DNA of 64,000 nt from an uncultured Gemmatimonadales bacterium (GCA_963773095.1 CAVYZY010000013.1:18271-82270), one strand, 5' to 3'. Shown: positions 27,984 through 36,746, counted from the first letter of the stretch. The notes: generated from the sequence alone by a model not told the origin. Program-made: numbers and translations.

Positions 27984-28944
27984 GGCGGTTCGTCGCTGGA
28001 TGGCGCCCTGCCTGTCGGCGGTCGTGGCGCTGGGCGTGGCGCGCCGGGCGTCGCCGGCGGGGCCATCCACCGCGAGCGCCGGGGACAGCCTCATCGTATT
28101 TCACGCCGGCAGTCTCGCGGGGCCTTTCGGCGCTGTCGTGGACAGTCTTCGCGTCACGTCACCGGGACTTGCCGCTCGCTTCGAGCGCGGCGGAAGCGTC
28201 GAACTCGCCCTGCGCGCCCTCGGACCCGGCGGGCTTCCCGATGTGATCGGCCTGGCCGATGATGCGTTGTTCCCGGCGCTGCTCATGCCCGCGGCGACGT
28301 CGTGGTTCGCCTCGTTCGGGGGCAATGCGATGGTGGTGGCGTACGCTCCCGCGGCGCGCGGTTTGCCGCTGACGGCCGCCAACTGGCCAGCCGTACTGCG
28401 CGGCGCCGGTGTGCGCGCGGCGCGCGGGGATCCTGCGCTCGATCCGGGCGGATATCGCGCGCTGATGCTGTTCCAGCTCGCGGAGCGTCACTATGCGCGA
28501 CCCGGCCTGGCCGATTCCCTGGAGCGCGCGGTAACCGTGTTGCCGGCCGGTGGCGCGTCGCCCTATGACCGCCTGCGAGGCGGTGACCTGGACTACCTGA
28601 TCACCTATCGGTCGTCGGCGAGTGCGGCGGGACTGATGTGGCTGGACCTGCCGGCGAAGATAGACCTGAGCGCCGAGGCGCATGCGGCCGACTACGCGAA
28701 AGCCTCGGTCCGATTGACGCTGCCAGGCGGCGGGGCGCCCCTCACATTGCGGGGCCGCCCGATCCGCTACGGCGTCACCATCATGCGGCAGGCCCGGCAT
28801 CCGGAGGAGGCGCGACGATTCGTCGCCTTTCTCCTGTCGCCGCGGGGCGATGCGCTGCTGCAGAGCTTCGGGTTTTCCAGCGGTCCCCCGGCCAGGATGA
28901 GTGGCGACGCACCGTCAGGACTGCTTCCGCGGTCGGGTCCGTAG
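27973..28944 (+). CDS. Periplasmic substrate-binding protein, ModA/WtpA-like (molybdate/tungstate-type PBP fold)
   Basis: Signal sequence, then LIVFHAGSLAGPF..GGSVELA..GLPDVIGLADD..MVVAYAP..GDPALDPGGYRALMLFQL, which resembles oxyanion-binding PBPs. The start overlaps the receptor stop by 11 nt. Confidence 0.65.
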   Translation: MPSRAVRRWMAPCLSAVVALGVARRASPAGPSTASAGDSLIVFHAGSLAGPFGAVVDSLRVTSPGLAARFERGGSVELALRALGPGGLPDVIGLADDALFPALLMPAATSWFASFGGNAMVVAYAPAARGLPLTAANWPAVLRGAGVRAARGDPALDPGGYRALMLFQLAERHYARPGLADSLERAVTVLPAGGASPYDRLRGGDLDYLITYRSSASAAGLMWLDLPAKIDLSAEAHAADYAKASVRLTLPGGGAPLTLRGRPIRYGVTIMRQARHPEEARRFVAFLLSPRGDALLQSFGFSSGPPARMSGDAPSGLLPRSGP

Positions 28945-29062
28945 GAGGTCTCGGAACAGGGACTGACTCGAGGCCTCGACTTCTTCGCGCCACCGGCGCG
29001 TGATGACGATCGGCGCTCCGAGCACCCGTTTGATCCGCGTCGGGTGGGAACGCACCGGGCGG

Positions 29063-29101
29063 ACAACAAAAAGGGCCGCATCCCGGAGGATGCGGCCCTT
29101 T
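29063..29101 (-). terminator. Rho-independent terminator of csp (possibly bidirectional)
   Basis: AGGGCCGCATCC-cgga-GGATGCGGCCCT is a 12-bp perfect stem, extendable to 14 bp. On the minus strand it is followed by TTTTTGTTGTCC. Confidence 0.8.
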
Positions 29102-29119
29102 CAACGTGCCTGAAGAAGC

Positions 29120-29329
29120 TTACTTCTTCCGGGCGACGTTCTCGGCGGCGGGACCCTTGGCCCCCTGCACGATGTCGAACTCAACGACCTCGCCTTCGCT
29201 CAGCGTCTTGAAGCCCGAGCCCTGGATCGCCGAGTGGTGCACGAAGCAGTCCTTCTCGCCGCTGTCAGGAGTGATGAAACCGAAGCCCTTGGCGTCGTTG
29301 AACCACTTCACCTTGCCGGTGGTACGCAT
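29120..29329 (-). CDS. cspA: Cold-shock protein (CspA family)
   Basis: [65 protein letters not shown] carries the RNP1/RNP2 motifs. The 196-aa track ORF is an over-extension. Confidence 0.95.
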   Translation of the reverse strand: MRTTGKVKWFNDAKGFGFITPDSGEKDCFVHHSAIQGSGFKTLSEGEVVEFDIVQGAKGPAAENVARKK

Positions 29330-29660
29330 GTGAAACCCTTTCAATAGACTTGTGCTGTCGGGTGTCCGGACATGCCGTACCCACCGACTGCTGGCGGAAA
29401 CTCCCTCCGCCGTGGGTGCGGTCACTCGACCGCGATGGCTAGACACAAACGGAGGACCTAGGATGGTCCCAGGTCCTCTTGGAAGAATCTGGCCATAACT
29501 GCTCGCGCACCAGCGCGAACCGCAACAATGTAGCGAACCTGCCCAAGTTGTGCAATCGGCAGGTATTCCGGGCCGCCTGGGACCGGAAATCAGCCATCTT
29601 TTCGTCCCCGGCGCGACAGGGACAATGACACCACAAAGGTCCGTCCTGGACCGGAGAGCC

Positions 29661-30447
29661 ATGGGAAGAGCTGCAGTTGCACTCTGCGCGCTGCTTGGGC
29701 TCGCTGGCATGCCGGATCCAGCCCGGGCCCAGACCGACTATCGCAACCTCGATGACGGGCGGCCGGTACGGACAGAGGATGCCTTCGTCGCCGACCGCCA
29801 TGCCTTCGAGATGCTGGCGCCCCTCACATTCGACGCCGACGTCTCTGGCGCGAGGCGCTACATCGTGCAGCCCGAACTCGAGTATGGCGTGCTGCCCAAC
29901 GCGCAGGTGAGCGCCCGGCTGCCGTTCGGGCTGGTCGACAGTGCGGGCAGCGACGGGGGCGTGGGCGGCCTGCAGCTCTCGGCCGTCTACAACCTCAGCA
30001 CTGAAGGCCCATCGCTGCCCGCGTTCTCCGTTCGCGCCGACCTGACTCTTCCCGTGGGCGCGCTGGGCGGCGACGTGGCGCTCACCACCGTGAAGGCCAT
30101 CGCGACGCGGACCTTCGGGCCTGTCACGGCTGCACCTCAACGGCGCCTGGACCTTCGGCACCTCGGCCCTCGACGGTCCCCGGCTCGAGGCACCGCCGCG
30201 GTGGTTCGCGAGCGTCGCAATGGACTACACCTTCTTCCGGAACAGCCTCCTTCTGGTCGGCGAGGTGAGCTCCTCGCAGGAAGACGAGGGAGCCCAGACC
30301 GCCGTGACCGCAGGGCTCGGTGCCCGTTGGCAGTGGACCCCGACGCTGGTCCTCGACGCCGGCATCGCGCGCCGCCTCACCGGCGGCGCCGGTCCCGACC
30401 TCGAGTTGACCGCCGGACTCACTCACGCCTTCGCGATTCGCGGCCTC
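29661..30447 (+). pseudogene. Outer-membrane beta-barrel protein (MetA-pathway/transporter-like barrel), frame broken once, no in-frame stop before the next gene
   Basis: GGAG RBS, then [41 protein letters not shown]...VKAIATRTFG in frame 1. The sequence continues in the frame of ORF 30220 as LSRLHLNGAWTFGTS..WFASVAMDYTFFRNSLLLVGEV..LVLDAGIARRL..LELTAGLTHAF (typical terminal Phe). The break lies at 30116-30122 (TTCGGGCCTG). The end coordinate is nominal. Confidence 0.55.
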
Positions 30448-31461
30448 ATGCCGAGGGCGACCGGGACACCGGACCGCACGCCCTCCAGCCCAGCGCGGGT
30501 GACGCCTCGCGCGGAGCAGTTCTACTACCCGGGAAGCTTCAACTGGCAGTTCCTCGCGCGATATCCCGGGGCGGCGAGGCTCTTCAACGCGTTCGACTAT
30601 GGCCACGCTACCCTGTACGAACACTTGCTCACCACGCCCCCGTCCCAGTTGAGCCAGGCGCTCGATCGCGAGTATCGCTACCTCACCACGGACCTGTTGC
30701 GCCGGCCGCCGCGGTTCGGTGTCGCCGAGGTCGCGATCGAGCCGCAGTATGCGCGCATCGCGTGGCAGGCGAAGCTCATGTTCGACTGGGCGCACGTACT
30801 GCACCGGCAGGTCTATGACGCCTACGCCGATCCCTCGCTGTCGGAGACGCGCAGGGATTCACTGATCGAGACACTGACCGATTACTATCTCAGCCGTAGC
30901 GCGTACGCCTTCACTGCGGTGCCGAAGTCGATGGCGCTGATGGACGGGCAGTGGTTCAGTCAGCGCTTCCGGACCGCCGAGGGTCGCTTCAATGGCCTCA
31001 TCTGGGCATACCACTGGCTGCAGGTCGGGCTGTACGAGCCGTTCGTTACCAGCAGCGCCCCGGCCGAGCAGCGGGCCGGGGTCGACGCGACCGTGGCGCA
31101 CTTCTGGGCCATGCTGGACGACGGGGGTCAGGTGCCTCGAGTCATGCCGATGACGGCCACGATCGCGCCGGGGTTCTCGAGGCAGCACCCCCGGGCCGCG
31201 GTGATCTTCGACAACCTGCACATGATGCACGACATCATCTCGGACATCCTCATGGTGGACACCTTGTCGGAGCGTGAGAAGGGTCGCATCATCGGGGAGC
31301 AACTCGCGGAGTTCCGCGACCCCAACCATCATGTCATGACCATGGATGAGTGGTGGTCGATGGGCGAGATGATGGGCGGCGCGGACATGATGGGCGGCCA
31401 GGCTGGAGCCCCACCCGCCACCTCCCCAGGGGCAGCCGCACCAGGGCACCATCATGAATAG
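30448..31461 (+). CDS. Hypothetical helical protein with a Met/His-rich C-terminal tail
   Basis: Coding-like composition, no family I recognise. Tail: FDNLHMMHDIISDILMVD...NHHVMTMDEWWSMGEMMGGADMMGGQAGAPP..PGHHHE. The start is uncertain (ATG 30448 or GTG 30499, both in frame with the upstream barrel). Confidence 0.55.
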   Translation: MPRATGTPDRTPSSPARVTPRAEQFYYPGSFNWQFLARYPGAARLFNAFDYGHATLYEHLLTTPPSQLSQALDREYRYLTTDLLRRPPRFGVAEVAIEPQYARIAWQAKLMFDWAHVLHRQVYDAYADPSLSETRRDSLIETLTDYYLSRSAYAFTAVPKSMALMDGQWFSQRFRTAEGRFNGLIWAYHWLQVGLYEPFVTSSAPAEQRAGVDATVAHFWAMLDDGGQVPRVMPMTATIAPGFSRQHPRAAVIFDNLHMMHDIISDILMVDTLSEREKGRIIGEQLAEFRDPNHHVMTMDEWWSMGEMMGGADMMGGQAGAPPATSPGAAAPGHHHE

Positions 31462-31495
31462 GTCCGTTCGTTACAATCTCACAGGGAGCAAGGGC

Positions 31496-32210
31496 ATGAT
31501 CTACGGTGACTCGAGTCTCATGAGAACACGCGGCCTCCGGCTCGGCGCCGCGGTCTTCTGCCTGACCACCGGGGGCGCGACTGTCGCGACCGCTCAGGCC
31601 CCTAACCCGGGCCAGGCCGCCGACGCCTATGCCGCCGGCGCCAAGCAGAACGCCCAGCTCATGCAGAAGTACACCTGGAAGATGCGCGTCCAGCTCACCT
31701 ACAACGGTGAGGAGAAGCCGGCGTCGCTCTACCAGATGAACTACGTGGGCGGGCAGCTGCAGAAGACGGAGATCAGCGCGCCTCCGGAGGAGTCGGGTCG
31801 CAAGCACGGCATCAAGCACCGTGTGACGGAGGACAAGATGGATGAGATCAAGTCGCGAGGTGGAGGCGCTGGTCGAGCTGACCAAGAAGTACATGGCGCC
31901 CACGCCCGGCCAGATGTTCGACTTCTACTCCAAGGCCACCATCGGGCCCGCCCCGGCCGGTGGCGTCCAGGCGTCGGGCACCAACTTCATCCAGCCCGGC
32001 GACCAGGTCACCTACTTCATCGATCCGGCCACCAAGAGCCCCACGAGCTACAACTTCACGACGTCGCTTCAGGGCAACCCGGTCACCGGTACGGCGCAGT
32101 ACGGCCAGGTACCCGGCGGCCCGAAGTACGCGTCGCAGCTGACCATCAATGCCCCCGCGGACAAGCTGTCGATCGCGGTGACGAACTTCGAGTATCAGCT
32201 GAACCAGTAA
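31496..32210 (+). pseudogene. Secreted hypothetical protein, paralogue A (one +1 frame break)
   Basis: Signal peptide (M)RTRGLRLGAAVFCLTTGGATVATAQA. Then PNPGQAADAYAAGAKQNAQLMQKYTWKMRVQLTYNGEEKPASLYQMNYVGGQLQKT..RKHGIKHRVTEDKMDEIKS. The frame break lies near 31853-31863. The sequence resumes as EVEALVELTKKYMAPTPGQMFDFY...NFEYQLNQ stop. Confidence 0.6.
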
Positions 32211-32233
32211 CCGCTGCGGCACGGAGGATGAGA

Positions 32234-32951
32234 ATGAGACTGCATGGCCTGACCCCGGCCGCCTGGCGCGACCGGCTCGCGTGGCGTTGGGGGTGGTGTG
32301 GCTCCTGGTGGGGGTGGGGTCGGCGGCGAGCGCGCAGGGGCCCAACCCCGGCCTCGCGGCCGATGCCTACGCCGCCAATGCGAAGAAGAACGCGGAGCTG
32401 ATGCAGAAGTACACCTGGAAGATGCGGGTACAGCTCACCTACAAGGGCGAGGCGAAGCCGGCGTCGCTCTACCAGTTGAACTACGTCAATGGACAGTTGC
32501 AGAAGACGCTGCTGAGCGCGCCGCCGCCGGAAACCGGTCGCAAGCACGGCATCAAGCACCGCATCAAGGAACAGAAGGATGGCCGAGTTCAGGGAGTGGG
32601 CCGGGCAGCTCACCGACATCATCAAGCGGTACATGGCGCCCTCACCGGGGACCATGATGGACTTCTACTCGAGCGCCACCTTCAGCCCGATGCCGAGCGG
32701 GAAGGGTGCGTGCCACCGACACCGGCTTCATCCAGCCGGGCGACACCGCGACCTACTGGATCAACCCCGCCACGAAACGGCCGACACGCTACGCGTTCGC
32801 GACGTCGCTGCAAGGTGACCCGGTGAACTGTACGGTCACCTTCGGCCAGGTGCCGGGCGGTCCGCAGTACGCCTCACAGATCAACGTCTCCGTGCCGGCG
32901 AAGGAAGTGTCGGCCACGATCACGAACTTCAACTATCAGTTGAACCAGTAA
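32234..32951 (+). pseudogene. Secreted hypothetical protein, paralogue B (two clear +1 breaks, a third possible in the signal peptide)
   Basis: GGAGG RBS then MRLHGLTPAAWRDRLA (frame x). ALGVVWLLVGVGSAASAQGPNPGLAADAYAANAKKNAELMQKYTWKMRVQLTYKGEAKPASLYQLNYVNGQLQKT..HRIKEQK (frame y). MAEFREWAGQLTDIIKRYMAPSPGTMMDFY..PSGK (break near 32574-32582). VRATDTGFIQPGD...NFNYQLNQ stop (break near 32700-32708). Collinear with paralogue A once the frames are repaired. Confidence 0.6.
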
Positions 32952-32966
32952 CGGAGAGGCGCGGGC

Positions 32967-34370
32967 ATGATGCGGCGGATGCATGGGGCCACTGCGGCGA
33001 TAGCCGTGGTCGGGTGGGGGCTGCTGTTGGCATGCGAGGGCAGGAGCGGCACGAAAGCACTGGACGCCGGGGCAGGCGAGACGGCGAGGATCGCTGAAGA
33101 AGCCTACATCTATGGCTTCCCCATGATTGCCGGCTACAAGGCAATGTACCTCTTCTCCGTGGACTCGGGTGGGCCCTCCTATGAGGGAGCATTCAACGTC
33201 ATCCACAATTCGCATCGGGTCTTTACGCCGGCCGACACCGCCGTCGTCACGCCAAACAGCGACACGCCCTACTCGCTGCTGCAGCTTGACCTTCGAGCCG
33301 AGCCGATTGTGGTGTGCGTGCCCGCGGTGGAGAAGAAGCGGTATTACTCGGTGCAGTTCACCGACATGTACACGTTCAACGTCGGCTACATCGGCAGCCG
33401 TGCCACCGGCAACGACGCCGGCTGCTACCTGGTGGCGGGCCCCACCTGGACCGGCGACACGCCGGCTGGCATCAAGGGCGTGATCCGCTTCGGCGGGCAA
33501 TTCGGCCTGGCCATCTTCAGGACGCAATTGTTCAGCGCCACCGACATGCCCGATGTCATCAAGGTGCAGTCGGGGTATTCCGCGGCGCCACTCTCCACCT
33601 TCCTGAAGCAGCCGGCGCCGCCGGCGGCTCCGGCGATCGCGTGGCCGAAGTTCCAGGCAGCGGGCTTCAAGACCGATTTCCCGGCCTACCTCAACTTCCT
33701 CCTGCAGTTTGCGCCGTCGGTGCCGGAGGAGGACAGTCTCCGTGCCCATTTCGCCACCATCGATATCGCGGCGGGCAAGCCCTTCGTGTTCGACAGCCTG
33801 AAGGACTCCGACAAGGCCGCCTTTGCCTTGGGCATCGATGAGGGCTACAAGAAGATCGAGGCTGCGGTCAAGGGGATCGGCAAGGACGTGAACGGATGGC
33901 ATGTGGGCTCGGCCTTCGGCGACCGCGCCTTCTACCATGGCGATTACCTCCTCCGCGCCGCCGCCGCCCGGGCTGGCATCTACGGCAACGACGCCGTCGA
34001 GGCCATGTACCCCATGATCAAGGGACTCGATGCCGGCACCGACTCGTTCACGATCACATTCCCCAAGGGCCAGCTGCCGCCGGTCAATGCCTTCTGGTCG
34101 GTGACGATGTATGACGGGAAGACCCAGTTTCTCATCAAGAACCCCATCGACCGGTACCTCATCAACTCACCGATGCTGCCGGGACTCAGGAAGAACGCCG
34201 ACGGTTCGCTGACGCTGTACCTGCAGAAGAACTCTCCGGGCAAGGCGAAGGAGTCGAACTGGCTTCCGGCGCCCGATGGACCGATGTACGTCGTGATGCG
34301 CCTGTACTGGCCGAAGGAGGAAGCCTTGAACGGGACCTGGTCACCTCCGCCGGTCGTGGTGGTCAAATAG
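32967..34370 (+). CDS. DUF1254 + DUF1214 domain protein (lipoprotein-type signal)
   Basis: LLLAC lipobox. DUF1254 pattern (EEAYIYGFPMIAGYKAMY..FNVIHNSHRVFTPADTAVVTPNSDTPYS..YYSVQFTDMYT). DUF1214 pattern (NAFWSVTMYDGKTQFL..NPIDRYLINS..DGSLTLYLQ..NWLPAPDGPMYVVMRLYWP). Confidence 0.85.
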   Translation: MMRRMHGATAAIAVVGWGLLLACEGRSGTKALDAGAGETARIAEEAYIYGFPMIAGYKAMYLFSVDSGGPSYEGAFNVIHNSHRVFTPADTAVVTPNSDTPYSLLQLDLRAEPIVVCVPAVEKKRYYSVQFTDMYTFNVGYIGSRATGNDAGCYLVAGPTWTGDTPAGIKGVIRFGGQFGLAIFRTQLFSATDMPDVIKVQSGYSAAPLSTFLKQPAPPAAPAIAWPKFQAAGFKTDFPAYLNFLLQFAPSVPEEDSLRAHFATIDIAAGKPFVFDSLKDSDKAAFALGIDEGYKKIEAAVKGIGKDVNGWHVGSAFGDRAFYHGDYLLRAAAARAGIYGNDAVEAMYPMIKGLDAGTDSFTITFPKGQLPPVNAFWSVTMYDGKTQFLIKNPIDRYLINSPMLPGLRKNADGSLTLYLQKNSPGKAKESNWLPAPDGPMYVVMRLYWPKEEALNGTWSPPPVVVVK

Positions 34371-34403
34371 ACCGGGCGCACGCCACCAGAGGAGCAGTTC
34401 AAA

Positions 34404-36683
34404 ATGCGGATGGCACGTCTCACACGGCTGGCCACGCTCGTGACGCTGGCACTGGGCGCGGCATCGCAAGCCCGGGCCCAGGGGGTGGAAGAGCTGACCT
34501 GGCCCCGGACGCTCACGGCCGCTGACGGCATGCAGGTCACGTTCTACCAGCCGCAGGTGGATTCGTGGAGCTACTACGTGGTCCTCGACTACCACATGGC
34601 CGTGGAGCTCCAGCTTCCCGGTGCGTCTTCGTCCGTGCCGGCCTCGTTGTTCATGACCGCCGAGACGAGCACCAACCTCGGCGCACAGACCGTGGCGCTC
34701 TACAACCAGAAGATCGTCCGGATGAACTTCCCCGGCCTCGATCCCGCCACGGCGCAGCAGTACCAGGGCATCGTACAGTCGCTGATCCCGGCCGGCAGCA
34801 TGAACCTCTCGCTGCCGCAGGTGCAGAGCTACATGGCCGCCTCGCACCCGGCGGCGTCGACGGCGGGGCCGCCTCCCGCAGCAGCCGGCCCGGCGCCCCA
34901 CACTGGGCCGGGACTGCCGCCCACGCTGCCGCAGCCGGCGCCGCCGATCTATTACAGTCAGTCACCCGCCATCCTGGTGATCTTTCAGGGCAAGCCTGCC
35001 TTCGCCCCGGTGATCCAGGGGTCGCAACTGTTCTTTTCCGTCAACACGAACTGGGCGGTGTTTCAGGACAAGAACACCGGTACCTACTATCTGCAGGACC
35101 AGGCCAGCTGGCTCCAGGCGCAGAACGTGAATGGACCATGGCGGGCAGCGGGACAGTTGCCCTCGAGCCTGATGAACCTCCCGCAGAATGACGAATGGGC
35201 CGACGTCACCAAGAACATTCCGGGGATGTCCTGGGGGCCCGGGCAGGTGCCGAACGTCTTCGTGAGTCAGAAGCCGGCCGAGCTGCTCCTCCTCGAGGGT
35301 CCGGCCCAGCTGCAGGGCATTCCCGGCACGTCGCTGTCCTGGGTCACCAACACCGAGAGCGACCTCTTCTTCTACTCGCCCTCGTCGCAGTGGTACTTCC
35401 TGGTGTCCGGCCGCTGGTTCAGCGCGGGCAGCATGAACGGTCCCTGGACCTACGCCACCCCGAGCCTGCCGGCGGACTTCTCCAACATCCCGGCCGATAG
35501 CCCCCGGGCCGCCGTATTGTCGTCGGTGCCGGGCACGCCACAGGCCGACGAAGCGGTGGCGCAGGCGCAGATGCCGCACAAGGCCGACGTCGACATCGCG
35601 ACGACGACGGTCGATGTGACCTACGGCGGGCCGCCCCAGTTCTCGCCGATCCAGGGCACGTCGATGCAGTACGCCACCAACACGTCGTACGAGGTGATCC
35701 AGGCCAGCGGCAATTACTACGTCTGCAGCAACGGCGTCTGGTTCGTGTCGTCGTCGCCCAACGGTCCCTTCGCCGTGGCGACGATGGTGCCGCAAGTCAT
35801 CTACACCATCCCGCCGTCGTCACCGATGTACAACGTCACGTATGTGCAGATCTACGAGTCGACGCCCACGACCGTCGTGGTGGGCTACACCTCCGGATAC
35901 AACGGCGCCTACGTGGCCGCCGGGGTCGTCATGCTGGGCGTCGGCATGGCACTCGCCTACAGCTACCACCCGTACTACCCGCCGGGGTTCGGCTATCCGG
36001 TGTACTACCATCCCCCGTACCCGTATACGGGCTACGGTTACCACGCTGCGTACAACCCCTACACCGGCGCGTACGCACACGGGTACTCCGCGTACGGACC
36101 CTACGGCGGGGCCAGCGCCGGAGCGGGATACAACCCGAGCACCGGCACGTACGCGCGCGGCGCAACGGCGACTGGTCCGTACGGCTCCGCCGCCGCCGCG
36201 CAGGCGTACAACCCGCGCACCGGCGCGAGCGCCGAGACCTACCAGCATTCCAATGCCTATGGCTCGTATGGGTCTTCGGTCGCGTCGAAGAATGGTGAAA
36301 CGGCGTGGTCGAGCCACGCGTCGAATGCCTACGGCACCGCGGGTCAAGTCCAGACATCCGAGGGAGGCAAGGCGGCAGGTGTCTCTACGGCGTACGGCAC
36401 GACGACTGCCGGGAAGACGGCGAACAACAACATGTACGCCACCCACGACGGGAACGTCTATAAGAACACCGGAAGTGGCTGGCAGCAGGGCAGCAGCAGC
36501 GGATGGAATTCCGCTGACAAGCCGAGTGAAACGTCCAGCGACGAAGCGGCGCGCAGCTCGTCCGCCGCGAAATCGTCGAGCTACGGCTCCTGGCAGGGCG
36601 GTGGCGGAAGCAAGTACAGTGGCGGGAGCAGTGGCGGATACAGCGGGGGGTTCAGTCGCAGCGGTGGCGGCGGTCGCCGCTGA
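34404..36683 (+). CDS. Large secreted repetitive protein (three W..NGPW..LP..IP modules plus a Tyr/Gly/Ser/Ala-rich tail ending GGGGRR)
   Basis: Signal peptide MRMARLTRLATLVTLALGAASQARAQG. Modules ASWLQAQNVNGPWRAAGQLPSSLMNLP, GRWFSAGSMNGPWTYATPSLPADFSNIP, GVWFVSSSPNGPFAVATMVPQVIYTIP. One TM-like stretch AYVAAGVVMLGVGMALAY. Tail with AYNPYTGAY / GYNPSTGTY / AYNPRTGAS repeats. Confidence 0.75.
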   Translation: MRMARLTRLATLVTLALGAASQARAQGVEELTWPRTLTAADGMQVTFYQPQVDSWSYYVVLDYHMAVELQLPGASSSVPASLFMTAETSTNLGAQTVALYNQKIVRMNFPGLDPATAQQYQGIVQSLIPAGSMNLSLPQVQSYMAASHPAASTAGPPPAAAGPAPHTGPGLPPTLPQPAPPIYYSQSPAILVIFQGKPAFAPVIQGSQLFFSVNTNWAVFQDKNTGTYYLQDQASWLQAQNVNGPWRAAGQLPSSLMNLPQNDEWADVTKNIPGMSWGPGQVPNVFVSQKPAELLLLEGPAQLQGIPGTSLSWVTNTESDLFFYSPSSQWYFLVSGRWFSAGSMNGPWTYATPSLPADFSNIPADSPRAAVLSSVPGTPQADEAVAQAQMPHKADVDIATTTVDVTYGGPPQFSPIQGTSMQYATNTSYEVIQASGNYYVCSNGVWFVSSSPNGPFAVATMVPQVIYTIPPSSPMYNVTYVQIYESTPTTVVVGYTSGYNGAYVAAGVVMLGVGMALAYSYHPYYPPGFGYPVYYHPPYPYTGYGYHAAYNPYTGAYAHGYSAYGPYGGASAGAGYNPSTGTYARGATATGPYGSAAAAQAYNPRTGASAETYQHSNAYGSYGSSVASKNGETAWSSHASNAYGTAGQVQTSEGGKAAGVSTAYGTTTAGKTANNNMYATHDGNVYKNTGSGWQQGSSSGWNSADKPSETSSDEAARSSSAAKSSSYGSWQGGGGSKYSGGSSGGYSGGFSRSGGGGRR

Positions 36684-36746
36684 CCTGCCGTGCCTCTACG
36701 ATGGTGCGGCGCCCGGCTCGGTCTCGAGCCGGGCGCTTTCAACAGG

